From the IMG/VR virus record IMGVR_UViG_3300017917_002228, positions 96,496 through 160,495 of that record: 64,000 nt of DNA; one strand, 5' to 3'. The notes beneath the pieces were generated by a model. It made no database searches, was not told the origin of the DNA, and saw only the letters and a program-made list of their open reading frames with translations. The stretch is from a virus. A program made the position numbers and the translations under genes. This document shows, piece after piece, positions 8,886 to 18,503 of this stretch (its first letter is position 1; every line of letters begins with the position of its first letter).

Positions 8886-11618
8886 ATGTCAGAACCATAT
8901 ATGAATAGACCATTAAGTCCAGGAAGAAAAATGGAAAGTCCAAATAAGACTAAAGATAAAAAGCTTAAGACCACTAAGGTCAAGGATGAGATTTCTGAAA
9001 AAGGTCGTACCATAGATGGTAACAGACCTGATCAGATAATTATTAATCCAGTACAAGAAGCTGTTGAAAAGCGTGCAGTATTTGCATATGGACGTTTTAA
9101 CCCACCTACAACTGGACATGAAAAGCTTATTCATAAGGTAGAATCAGTAGCAAAAGAACAAGGCGCGCAAGCCCATATTGTAGCATCTCATTCTGAAGGT
9201 AAGTCTAAAGATCCACTCCCTAAAGAAAAGAAGGTTGAGTATCTTAAAAAAGTAGCCGCTAAAGGCACTCACGTATCTCATTCAACAAGCGAACATCCTA
9301 CTCTTCTACATCAGTTATCAAAGTTACATAAAAGCGGTGTAGAACATGTTACTCTAGTTTCAGATAAAGAAAAAGAGTTCGGTGATCTAGTACACAAGTA
9401 TAATGGTGTAGAAGGAAGACACGGACATTTTAATTTTAAAACTATCAAGTCAGTATCGTCTGGTATGAGAGATCCAGATGCAGAAGGCACTGAAGGCATC
9501 TCTGGTACTAAGATGAGAGCTCATGCTCGTTCTGGTAATATGGAAGAATTTAAAAAAGGTCTTCCTACAGCTCTCCATAAGCATGCAGAAGAAATAGCCA
9601 AACATATTAGATCAGTAAAAGAAGATATTGATGAAGAGTTTGAAGATTTCTTAGATGAGTCTATCTCAATGGCTTCTCGTCTCAAAAAAGCATCATCAAT
9701 GAGAAGATATGAGGCTAAGTTACAAGCAGCCCGTAAACGTTCTATGATGAGAAGAGCTGGCACTAAGGTAATTACTCAACGTGCTACTAAACTCGCTATT
9801 GGTAAGATGAAGACTAGATTTGCTGGTGGAAGAGATCCTAGCACTTTATCTGCAATGGAAAAACAAAGAATAGAAGATATAGTTCATAAGCGTAAACAGG
9901 CTGTTCGCCGTTTAGCTATGAGATTGATTCCTACAGTTCGTAAGACAGAAGCTCAACGTCTTATGAAACATATTCATGTTCAAGAAGAAACATATACTGT
10001 TGATATGGATCTTATGAATGAATTATATGATGTTGCTCTAGAAGAAGTTAACTCGGTAGGAGCTGGTGGTTTTAGAGGTATGGGTAACGTAACTGGTAAT
10101 GTTGGTATGGAAGGATCTCCAGTCAACAATTATACTTTATTTAACGCTGATAACGCAGATACCAGAAGTGATGAGCTTAAAAAAATAAAGAAGATGTTCC
10201 ATGATAAGCATCATGCTTCTAAAGCTGTCAAAGAAGAGTTAGAAGAAAACTTTATGGATGGTAAGAATCCAGAAGATAAAGGTGATATGGCTCGCCATGG
10301 TCTAAAAGGTAAGTCAATATCTCAGCTTAAGAAGATTAGATCTTCTGATGATGCTTCTCCTAGAAAGAAGCAACTAGCTCACTGGTATATTAATATGCAC
10401 AAGGAAGAAATAGATCGTGCAAATACACATGCACGAGATGAAGGCACTTCTTCTTTAGTTGACATTTATGCTAAGGATACACCAGGACAGGGTAAAAAGC
10501 AAGTTAAAGAAGATACTGATAGAACTGCTTTTGTTTATATGGCTCCTCAGCCTCCTAAAGAGATATTTGCCCAGTGTGGTTCTTGTGCGCACTTTATGCC
10601 TGAATCACAAAGATGTACTTTGTTTGGTAAAGACGATAAGGTAGTAGCAGAAGCATCTTGTACTCTTTATGCACATGGTGTTCCATCAGACGAACAAGAG
10701 ATTTTAGAATCTACTACACCAAAAGAAGCTGGTTACGTAACTGGCAAGGTACGTTGTGAGAATTGCTCTTGGTTTGATGAAGAAAAAAGTACTTGTGGTT
10801 TATTCCAATCACTCAATAAGAAGATGAAAGATACATTTAAGCTTCAAGAAAAAGTAGACAAGTACGGATGCTGTAACGGTTTTTATCGTAAAGAAGAAGA
10901 GATGTCTGAAGATATTAACGTTCTATTCCAAGAAGCAGTCAAGGCTACTGACAAAGAAGCTATTCCACGCTCTGGTCAACCAAGAAAATCTATTGACTAC
11001 GTAGTACGTTCACAGGTTAATAGATTTGTTTCTGATAAGCCTTATCGTCAACAAGCTCTGCAAAAACAAAAGATTGACGAAGAGGTAATCGAAGAAGAAA
11101 AGCCAGTATGGGAAAAAGAGCCTCCTAAAGATGGTGGTAGTAAATTATCCCCAGCAGCAAAAGCAAAAGCAAAGGCTCGTGCAAAGGCAGCAGGTCGTCC
11201 TTATCCAAACTTAGTAGACAATATGTGGGCTGCTAAGAATGAAGAGGTAGAAGATGAAGGCTGTCCTCTTCTAGATGAAGATTATGAAGAAGAACTTCAT
11301 GAGTATATCGAAGAAGATTTTATTCCAACAGGTACCGAGCTCTATGAGAGCTGGGGAGAGCTTACAGAAGAAGCAGTAAAGAATGGTAAGAGAGTTCAGC
11401 TTAATAAACCATTCCTAACACCTGGTGGTCCAAAGAAGAGAGCTGTTTATGTTAGACATCCAGAAACTGGCAACATTGTTAAAGTTGGTTTTGGTGATCC
11501 TAACATGAGAATTAAGAAATCTAATCCTGAAAGACGTAAGTCATTTAGAGCTAGACATAATTGTGAAAATCCTGGACCTAAACATAAGGCCAGATATTGG
11601 TCATGTAAAGCATGGTAA
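8886..11618 (+). CDS. Modular protein: cytidylyltransferase-like domain, basic helical modules, two HiPIP-like Cys clusters, conserved basic C-terminal domain; probable head-internal polyprotein
   Basis: GRFNPPTTGH (HxGH-type) and ISGTKMR motifs; CGSC..C..C and CENC..C..CC; acidic (V/I/L)xE linkers; C-terminus KSFRARHNC...ARYWSCKAW. Confidence 0.7.
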   Translation: MSEPYMNRPLSPGRKMESPNKTKDKKLKTTKVKDEISEKGRTIDGNRPDQIIINPVQEAVEKRAVFAYGRFNPPTTGHEKLIHKVESVAKEQGAQAHIVASHSEGKSKDPLPKEKKVEYLKKVAAKGTHVSHSTSEHPTLLHQLSKLHKSGVEHVTLVSDKEKEFGDLVHKYNGVEGRHGHFNFKTIKSVSSGMRDPDAEGTEGISGTKMRAHARSGNMEEFKKGLPTALHKHAEEIAKHIRSVKEDIDEEFEDFLDESISMASRLKKASSMRRYEAKLQAARKRSMMRRAGTKVITQRATKLAIGKMKTRFAGGRDPSTLSAMEKQRIEDIVHKRKQAVRRLAMRLIPTVRKTEAQRLMKHIHVQEETYTVDMDLMNELYDVALEEVNSVGAGGFRGMGNVTGNVGMEGSPVNNYTLFNADNADTRSDELKKIKKMFHDKHHASKAVKEELEENFMDGKNPEDKGDMARHGLKGKSISQLKKIRSSDDASPRKKQLAHWYINMHKEEIDRANTHARDEGTSSLVDIYAKDTPGQGKKQVKEDTDRTAFVYMAPQPPKEIFAQCGSCAHFMPESQRCTLFGKDDKVVAEASCTLYAHGVPSDEQEILESTTPKEAGYVTGKVRCENCSWFDEEKSTCGLFQSLNKKMKDTFKLQEKVDKYGCCNGFYRKEEEMSEDINVLFQEAVKATDKEAIPRSGQPRKSIDYVVRSQVNRFVSDKPYRQQALQKQKIDEEVIEEEKPVWEKEPPKDGGSKLSPAAKAKAKARAKAAGRPYPNLVDNMWAAKNEEVEDEGCPLLDEDYEEELHEYIEEDFIPTGTELYESWGELTEEAVKNGKRVQLNKPFLTPGGPKKRAVYVRHPETGNIVKVGFGDPNMRIKKSNPERRKSFRARHNCENPGPKHKARYWSCKAW

Positions 11619-11644
11619 AATAATAATAACAAAAAAGGTGTATC

Positions 11645-12079
11645 ATGGAACAACTAATAGAAAAAATGAAAGTATTACTAGCAACTCAGTTTGCTTTTTA
11701 TCTCAAAGTCCATTCTTTTCATTGGAATGTAACTGGACCTAACTTTCCGCAATATCATGATTTTTGGGGTGATCTTTATGGAGAGCTTCACGGAGCTATT
11801 GATGATATAGCCGAACATATAAGAGCAATCCAAGGTTTTGCTCCTGGTGCTTTAGCACGTATGCAGTCACTATCTAGAGTATCGGATCAGATAGAGGTTC
11901 CTAATGCTGCAGAAATGTTTAGAATAGCACTTATAGATAATAATACTATGATAGCTGTATTAACTGATGCGTTTAGAGAAGCAGAAGCAGCAGGTGAAGT
12001 GGGTCTTGCTAATTTCCTACAAGATCGTATTGATATCCACAAGAAACACGGCTGGATGTTGAGAGCTACAGCTTCATAA
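11645..12079 (+). CDS. dps: Dps family DNA-protection/ferritin-like protein
   Basis: HSFHWNVTGPNFPQYH...DDIAEHIR ferroxidase motif; C-terminal HKKHGWML. Confidence 0.9.
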   Translation: MEQLIEKMKVLLATQFAFYLKVHSFHWNVTGPNFPQYHDFWGDLYGELHGAIDDIAEHIRAIQGFAPGALARMQSLSRVSDQIEVPNAAEMFRIALIDNNTMIAVLTDAFREAEAAGEVGLANFLQDRIDIHKKHGWMLRATAS

Positions 12080-12120
12080 ATACTATACGTGAATACGTAT
12101 AATTATAAAGGGGAAAACAT

Positions 12121-12966
12121 ATGTCTCAATGGGGCAAAACAGATAACGCAGCTAACTCAGTACTTTGGGGCGTTTCAGGTTTTAATAAAACCGCTAACTC
12201 AGTAAACCAGACAGACTTCTATAATAATACCACGATTGGTGCTTTTGTAACCAATCTACAAGTAGGTCAGTTTGCTGTAGACACAACTGAAATGGGCTTA
12301 AATTCAGGTAACGTAGCCCAGATCTTTATTACATCTGCAGGTTCAGGATACACTGCTAACGGTAATCTAACATTTACCGGTGGTGGCGGTTCTGGTGCTT
12401 CTGCTAATGCTGTTGCTAATAACACAGGTAAGATTGAATCAATCAATATTGTTTCTGTTGGTTCTTCTTATGAAACCAATCCAACAGTAGCAATTTCTGC
12501 ACCTGTTGCAACTACATTTAATGCTAACTCAGCGGTTACAGCTGGTGCTGGTGGTGGTGCTAATAGCGTTATTGCATTATCAACTGCTGGTGTATTTGTT
12601 GTAAATGATCCTATCATCTACGCAGTTGCTGCTGGTAATACAGCTCTAGCCGGTTTAACATCTGGCACAACATACTACGTACAGTTTGCTAACGTCACAC
12701 ACGTTGCACTATCTCAGACAGTAGGCGGTGCAAGAATTACACTAACTAAAGGTCTAACAGAAACTGGTCACTCACTACAGGGTGCTACAGCTACTGCTTA
12801 TGCTGTTGTTGGTGGTGCTAACAACAAGGGTGTTCAACACGCCGGTTGGGTAGTTAGAAAAGTAGGTACTGGTGGCCGCGCTGGCCGTGTCCAGTATGAA
12901 ACATTAGTCGCTATGGGTTCAATTGCATCTGATGGTTCAGATGATACAATTCTACCTGATGCTTAA
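12121..12966 (+). CDS. Virion structural protein
   Basis: MSQWGKTD N-terminus and GRAGRVQYETLVA C-terminus typical of T4-like virion proteins; late-type box at 12075. Confidence 0.6.
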   Translation: MSQWGKTDNAANSVLWGVSGFNKTANSVNQTDFYNNTTIGAFVTNLQVGQFAVDTTEMGLNSGNVAQIFITSAGSGYTANGNLTFTGGGGSGASANAVANNTGKIESINIVSVGSSYETNPTVAISAPVATTFNANSAVTAGAGGGANSVIALSTAGVFVVNDPIIYAVAAGNTALAGLTSGTTYYVQFANVTHVALSQTVGGARITLTKGLTETGHSLQGATATAYAVVGGANNKGVQHAGWVVRKVGTGGRAGRVQYETLVAMGSIASDGSDDTILPDA

Positions 12967-12989
12967 TTGATATAAAGAGGGCGCATCAT

Positions 12990-13328
12990 ATGCCTAAGAT
13001 TTCAGAATTAACCGCAATCAGTAATGTCAGCACAGATGATCTAATGCTGGTTGTTAATGATCCAGGTGGTGCGCCCTCTTCTAATAAAATTACAGTACAA
13101 GGTTTTGCTACTGCTGTTACAGGAATGCTACGCTATGCTAATAGCACTGTAACAGGTACTGTAAGAACTGGAGAATATCTTACAGCCAACAGTACCGGCT
13201 ATCTAACGTTATCTTTTAACAATCTTCCAGGCCCATATGCGAATGATGCTGTTGCAAACACAGCAGGAGTTTCTCAATTTGGAATATATTATGATAGCTC
13301 AGGTAATGTTAAAATTAGATTAACGTAA
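12990..13328 (+). CDS. Small structural protein
   Basis: KISELTA...DDL.LVV N-terminal fibre-type motif. Confidence 0.5.
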   Translation: MPKISELTAISNVSTDDLMLVVNDPGGAPSSNKITVQGFATAVTGMLRYANSTVTGTVRTGEYLTANSTGYLTLSFNNLPGPYANDAVANTAGVSQFGIYYDSSGNVKIRLT

Positions 13329-13329
13329 T

Positions 13330-13722
13330 ATGCATGATAGGCTAGACGAAGCTAATTTTCTTCTCTACGCAGCGAAACATTATGAGAACCCTCAGTGTCA
13401 CGATACTGTTGAATTCTATGATGATTTGAAACGTATTAAATATATTAAGCGCCTCTTCAATAGATATCAAGAAGAAGGTGATCTTAAAGAACGGCTAATT
13501 CTCAATCATATTATAGTGCTTAATAACGTTTTTGGTCCTATACCAACAGCGCGTATGTTATTTTTAAAGTGTAAAGGTATGGAAGAGCTTCTTAAACCAT
13601 TCCTACTATTCCTTAATATATTACCTGAAAAAATAGAAGGTATAGGAATAGAAAATAAAATTATAAATACTAAAGACATACAAACTAATCAAGAAATATT
13701 AGCACGTCTAAGGAATATCTAA
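13330..13722 (+). CDS. Conserved T4-like hypothetical protein
   Basis: YAAKHYENP.C...F..DLKRIKYIKRL...ERLILNHII.L.NVFG. Confidence 0.7.
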   Translation: MHDRLDEANFLLYAAKHYENPQCHDTVEFYDDLKRIKYIKRLFNRYQEEGDLKERLILNHIIVLNNVFGPIPTARMLFLKCKGMEELLKPFLLFLNILPEKIEGIGIENKIINTKDIQTNQEILARLRNI

Positions 13723-14246
13723 TGCTTATCGATGCATATCTTACATACCAGTTTATAAAGAAGCTCGTTACACCTTTTGAAGATATGCCTGCTTATAAGC
13801 TTGGTCTTATCGATAAGGATGGCAATTTCCTAAGACCCCGTAAATATTATAGCCCAGAAGATAAAAAAGCTCTAGGCTATTTTGATGTGCTCATTATTAA
13901 TCTTAAAAAGCTTATTTCTAAACTTCCAGGTGGTAGTGCAAGAATAGGTACTATTGCAGCTGCAATGTTATTACTGAAATCTGATCCTAAGAAGAGAGTA
14001 ATGGAAAGTGCAGATGGTGAGTTAGATTGTTCATGGTTAGAAGAAGAATATATTAAGTATGTAAAAGCACTAGAAGAAGATGCTCCTCCTGTTAATGCTA
14101 CTGCAGGTGTTGCAGGTTTGACTCCTGACAGTCTAAAGATTCCAGAAAAAGCTCGTAAGAAGTATAAAGCCGCTAATGCAGCAGGATCTCCTGACGGCGT
14201 TTTAAAAAGAAACGTACCAGATGTTGACTCTTCTAGGGCCCTATAA
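13722..14246 (+). CDS. Conserved T4-like hypothetical protein
   Basis: YQFIKKLVTPF..PAYKLGLID.DG motif; LEEDAP near the C-terminus. Confidence 0.65.
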   Translation: MLIDAYLTYQFIKKLVTPFEDMPAYKLGLIDKDGNFLRPRKYYSPEDKKALGYFDVLIINLKKLISKLPGGSARIGTIAAAMLLLKSDPKKRVMESADGELDCSWLEEEYIKYVKALEEDAPPVNATAGVAGLTPDSLKIPEKARKKYKAANAAGSPDGVLKRNVPDVDSSRAL

Positions 14247-14592
14247 GTGGCCAGCCATTATAGGCGCTGTATTAGTAGGGTTGCTAGCTCTTTGGGGCTA
14301 CCTTGCTATTCGCGACTATAATACTGAACAAAGAGCACTTGCTGAGTTTAATCGTAAACAGCTTGAACAAGTAGTTCAACAACAGCAGCAATATATCAAA
14401 CAGCTTGAGCAAATAGGTGAAATGCAAAGAGAACTATCTAAGTCTCTACAAGCAAAAAACGATGAGCTCAATAGTAAGATTGATAATATACAGAAAGAAC
14501 TAGAAGTTAAAGCTCCTGGTGCTCAAAATCAATCATCACCTTATTTAAAAGAAACTATCAATCAGCTTAATAAAACATTTGGTCCTAAATGA
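14221..14592 (+). CDS. Putative i-spanin (Rz-like)
   Basis: Single N-terminal TM helix then coiled coil; overlaps a downstream lipoprotein gene. Confidence 0.7.
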   Translation: MLTLLGPYKWPAIIGAVLVGLLALWGYLAIRDYNTEQRALAEFNRKQLEQVVQQQQQYIKQLEQIGEMQRELSKSLQAKNDELNSKIDNIQKELEVKAPGAQNQSSPYLKETINQLNKTFGPK

Positions 14593-14864
14593 AAAAGCTA
14601 CTATTATTATCAGTCTTAGTACTAGCTGGATGTCAGAGCTCACAGGTTGTGACTGCTCCTGAGGTAAAAACTATTTCTATTCCAGAAGAATATTTTGACT
14701 GTCCTGTGATTAAAAGCTTTCCTAAAGCTGATACACTTACAGATGCACAAGTATCTAATCTTCTTATTACAGCTATTCGTAATAATCGTAGGTGTAAGAA
14801 CTCTCTTGACGCAATCAAAGAATATCAAGATAGTGTAAATCAGACACTAAAAACAGTTGATTAA
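14589..14864 (+). CDS. Putative o-spanin lipoprotein (Rz1-like)
   Basis: Signal peptide with lipobox LAGC, Pro-rich segment, two further Cys. Confidence 0.75.
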   Translation: MKKLLLLSVLVLAGCQSSQVVTAPEVKTISIPEEYFDCPVIKSFPKADTLTDAQVSNLLITAIRNNRRCKNSLDAIKEYQDSVNQTLKTVD

Positions 14865-14884
14865 TTCTCTCATTCAGCTATAAT
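14855..14884 (+). promoter_or_regulatory. Sigma70-like early/middle promoter
   Basis: (C)AGTTGATT-16 nt-TATAAT upstream of the primase gene. Confidence 0.55.
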
Positions 14885-14916
14885 AACTCTGTTCTAATCA
14901 AATAGGTTATATTGTT

Positions 14917-15954
14917 ATGAATGCTGTGTGGATCGATCAGAAGTATGCGTCATTGCTTAGCTCACAACTAGAGCAATTTAAAGTAATAAAACACTCTCCT
15001 TATAATGCCCGCTTTAGATGTCCCATATGTGGTGACTCTGCTACTAACAAGTTTAAGACGCGTGGCTATTTCTATCAGATAAAAGATCATATTAACGTTA
15101 AGTGCCATAACTGTGGTTATAGCTCTACACTTAAGACGTTTCTTAAGACGCTTAATCCTGGCCTTTACACGGAATATAGACTAGAATGTTTGAAAGAGTC
15201 TGGTGAAGAAGAGAAGCCAGAGAAGTTTGTATCAGATATTACTAAGTTTGCTACTAAGCGTGTAGATCACTTTGAACCCTTTAAAGAGCTGAAAAAAATA
15301 TCTCAGCTACCATGGGATCATCCTGCAAAAACATATGTTACCCAAAGAAAAATACCATCTAACACGCACTATCGAATATACTATGCAGCTACATATTGTC
15401 ACTGGGTGAATCAAATCCTACCTGGTAAGTTTAGCGAAAAATCTCTCGCTCTAGACGAGCCACGAATCGTGTTACCTTTCATTGACACGAACGGATATGT
15501 ATTTGGTTTTACCGGTCGCGCTATTCGTAAGTCAACAAGCTTACGATACTCCACAATTATGTTAGATAATAATAAGGAAAAGGTTTTCGGTCTCGATACA
15601 ATTGACAGTAATAAAACTGTTTACTTAGTAGAGGGACCGATCGATAGCCTTTTCCTTTCTAATTGTGTTGCGATGGCTGGTTCTGATGTTAAGTTTGAGA
15701 ATATTGCAACGCAAGATAAACTGGTAGTAGTATACGATAATGAACCACGTAACAGCGAAATTGTTAAAAAGATTGAAAAGGCAATTGATCAAGGTTACAA
15801 AGTCTGTATATGGCCAGATGATATTCAACACAAAGATATTAACGACATGGTTGCTTCAGAACTTAGCGGTGCTGAAGTGCAGCATATTATTGATCAAAAT
15901 ACCTACCAGGGGTTAGCTGCTAAGCTAAGATTACAATCATGGAAAAAGATTTAA
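14917..15954 (+). CDS. 61: DNA primase (T4 gp61)
   Basis: Zn ribbon RCPICGDS...CHNCG; TOPRIM motifs EGPIDSLF, YDNEPRN, KDINDM. Confidence 0.95.
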   Translation: MNAVWIDQKYASLLSSQLEQFKVIKHSPYNARFRCPICGDSATNKFKTRGYFYQIKDHINVKCHNCGYSSTLKTFLKTLNPGLYTEYRLECLKESGEEEKPEKFVSDITKFATKRVDHFEPFKELKKISQLPWDHPAKTYVTQRKIPSNTHYRIYYAATYCHWVNQILPGKFSEKSLALDEPRIVLPFIDTNGYVFGFTGRAIRKSTSLRYSTIMLDNNKEKVFGLDTIDSNKTVYLVEGPIDSLFLSNCVAMAGSDVKFENIATQDKLVVVYDNEPRNSEIVKKIEKAIDQGYKVCIWPDDIQHKDINDMVASELSGAEVQHIIDQNTYQGLAAKLRLQSWKKI

Positions 15955-16145
15955 GTTATGTGACTGAAGTGCAATATGATGGTATAACTGGTGAATATTA
16001 TATTGAATTGAAGCGCGAGATGTTACAAGCACTTGAATGGCGCGTTGGTGATGATTTAGAGTGGTTGACCGTTGGTGATACGTATATGTTAGTAAACAAA
16101 AGTAAAGAAGAACGAGATAGAGGCAATAATGACGACAGCTTATAA
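15939..16145 (+). CDS. AbrB/MazE-like small protein
   Basis: EYYIEL..EML..LEW..GD.LEW pattern. Confidence 0.55.
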   Translation: MEKDLSYVTEVQYDGITGEYYIELKREMLQALEWRVGDDLEWLTVGDTYMLVNKSKEERDRGNNDDSL

Positions 16146-18342
16146 AGATACAAAAAAACTATTATCCGACGCAAAGTTCTATGAGGGGTATGCTAGATTT
16201 GTAGACGAAGAAAAACGATTTGAGACTTGGTCAGAAGCTGTCGATCGTGTTATGAAAATGCATATCGGTTTTTATGCCGATAAAATGTCTACCAAGTTGA
16301 TGGATGCAATCAACGATGCTACCAAAGCATATAAGCAAAAGCTAGTACTCGGCGCCCAGCGTGCATTGCAGTTCGGTGGTGACCAATTACTCAAGCATCA
16401 AATGAAGATGTATAATTGCACTTCTTCTTATGCAGACCGCCCTGCATTTTTTGGTGAGATTTTTTATATTCTTCTCTGCGGTGCTGGTGCTGGTTTTTCA
16501 GTTCAAAAGCATCACATTGAAAAGTTACCAAAGATTGCACCACGTACAAAAGCTCCTAAGACCCACCTCGTAGAAGATTCTATTGAGGGTTGGGCTACGG
16601 CTCTGGATGTTCTTATGTCATCTTTCTTTGAAGATGGTGGTAAGTATCCAGATTATAAAGGCCGTAAAGTTTATTTTGATCTTAGCCAAATTCGTCCGAA
16701 GGGTGCTAAGATCTCCGGAGGGTTTAAAGCACCAGGCTCAGAACCTCTTCGTCGTTCACTGGACCGTATTGAGTATATTTTGACCGGTCTTACTATCCAT
16801 GAAAAAACTGTAGCTTTGAGGCCTATTCATGTTTATGATATTGTTATGCATGCTGCTGATGCTGTACTTTCTGGTGGTGTTCGTCGCAGTGCTACTATTT
16901 GTCTGTTCTCAGCAGACGACGACGAAATGGCTATGGCTAAAACTGGCGATTGGTGGACAACTAACCCTCAGCGTGGCCGCTCTAACAACAGTGCTGTTAT
17001 TGTACGTAATGAAATTACAAGGGATCAGTTTGCCTCCCTTATGAACAGCATTAAGCAGTTTGGTGAACCAGGCTTCTTCTTTGTTGATCATAAAGACATT
17101 ACAACTAATCCATGCGTTGAGATTGGTATGTGGCCTCAGATTGATGGACGATCTGGATGGCAGGGTTGTAACTTGACTGAAATTAATGGCGGGATGTGTG
17201 ATGACGAAGAAACTTTCTATAGGGCTTGTCGCGCTGCTGCTGTTCTTGGAACACTACAGGCAGGCTATACAAATTTCACCTTTCTATCCGACACAACTAA
17301 AGCAATCTTTGATCGTGAAGCACTTCTAGGTGTATCGATCACTGGTTGGATGAACAATCCTAAGACTCTTTTTGATGCTGCTATTTTGGAAAAAGGTGCT
17401 GAGATTGTAAAGCAAACCAATAAAGAAATTGCTGAACTGATCGGTATTAATCCAGCAGCAAGAACAACATGTGTTAAACCATCAGGTAATGCATCTGTTC
17501 TTCTCATGACTGCTTCAGGTATTCATGCCGATCACTCACCGATGTATATTCGTAACATTCAGCTTAATAAAGAGACTGAAGTTGCTAAACTCATCAAGCG
17601 TATTAATCCTAATATGGTTGAAGAGTCTGCTTGGTCAGCTGGTAAGACAGACTATGTTGTCTCTTTCCCAGTTGTATCTAAGACTGGTTCTATCTTTAAA
17701 GATGAACTCATTGGTGTTAAGCATCTTGACCTTATTAAGAAGGCTCAAGAGCATTGGGTCAATGCTGGTACTAATGTTGATCGCTGTTCACATCCTGGTA
17801 TTCGTCATAACGTATCTAATACGGTTATTGTTGATAATTGGGATGAGATTGAAGAGTATGTATTTGCAAATAAAGAATACTTTGCTGGCATCTCATTCCT
17901 TCCTATGACCGGTGATAAGGATTATTTCCAAGCGCCTAATACACAGGTCTTAAAAGCATCCGAGTTGACCGAGAAGTATGGTGCTGGTGCTATTATGGCA
18001 GCTGGTTTGGTTGTTGAAGCTCTTAAGTGCTTTGATAATCTCTGGATTGCTTGTATGACAGCTCACGGCTACGGTGAAGATCTATCTGCAGACAATCACA
18101 CTAATACCATGAAGAAAGACTGGGTCAGACGCTTTAATAAGTTTGCCCAGAACTATTTTGATGGTGATGTCAAGAAGACTGAATACTGCTTCAAGGATGT
18201 TTACCTGCTACATAAATGGGAGAAGATCCAACAAAGCATTCAAGACATCAAATGGGATGAAGAGTTGAAGGAAGTTAGATTCGTAGATGTCGATACATTA
18301 GGCGCTGCAGCTTGTGTAGGTGGTGGATGCGAACTATTCTAA
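16129..18342 (+). CDS. nrdJ: Class II (adenosylcobalamin-dependent, monomeric type) ribonucleotide reductase
   Basis: GGVRRSA, TNPCVEI, CNLTE, TCVKPSG, C-terminal CVGGGCELF; no nrdB nearby. Confidence 0.88.
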   Translation: MTTAYKDTKKLLSDAKFYEGYARFVDEEKRFETWSEAVDRVMKMHIGFYADKMSTKLMDAINDATKAYKQKLVLGAQRALQFGGDQLLKHQMKMYNCTSSYADRPAFFGEIFYILLCGAGAGFSVQKHHIEKLPKIAPRTKAPKTHLVEDSIEGWATALDVLMSSFFEDGGKYPDYKGRKVYFDLSQIRPKGAKISGGFKAPGSEPLRRSLDRIEYILTGLTIHEKTVALRPIHVYDIVMHAADAVLSGGVRRSATICLFSADDDEMAMAKTGDWWTTNPQRGRSNNSAVIVRNEITRDQFASLMNSIKQFGEPGFFFVDHKDITTNPCVEIGMWPQIDGRSGWQGCNLTEINGGMCDDEETFYRACRAAAVLGTLQAGYTNFTFLSDTTKAIFDREALLGVSITGWMNNPKTLFDAAILEKGAEIVKQTNKEIAELIGINPAARTTCVKPSGNASVLLMTASGIHADHSPMYIRNIQLNKETEVAKLIKRINPNMVEESAWSAGKTDYVVSFPVVSKTGSIFKDELIGVKHLDLIKKAQEHWVNAGTNVDRCSHPGIRHNVSNTVIVDNWDEIEEYVFANKEYFAGISFLPMTGDKDYFQAPNTQVLKASELTEKYGAGAIMAAGLVVEALKCFDNLWIACMTAHGYGEDLSADNHTNTMKKDWVRRFNKFAQNYFDGDVKKTEYCFKDVYLLHKWEKIQQSIQDIKWDEELKEVRFVDVDTLGAAACVGGGCELF

Positions 18343-18503
18343 CACCTTGTAGTGATAACTGTCTGCTAGACGTCTACACCCAGGTTTGTGAAGGGTGTGG
18401 ACGTACAGCAGAAGACATCTATAAGTGGTCTTCTTATACTAATGAAAAACGTAAAGAGATTATGAAGGAGTTAAAGAAGAAGAGAAATCAGTCTTCTTTA
18501 TGA
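18327..18503 (+). CDS. DUF1289-like small Cys-rich protein
   Basis: TPCSDNC...CEGCGRT.EDI..W. Confidence 0.75.
   Translation: MRTILTPCSDNCLLDVYTQVCEGCGRTAEDIYKWSSYTNEKRKEIMKELKKKRNQSSL

Noticed and set aside
16129-18342. Intron, intein or homing endonuclease in the RNR or other core genes
   Set aside because: ORFs are continuous and of normal length; no LAGLIDADG, HNH, GIY-YIG or intein motifs seen
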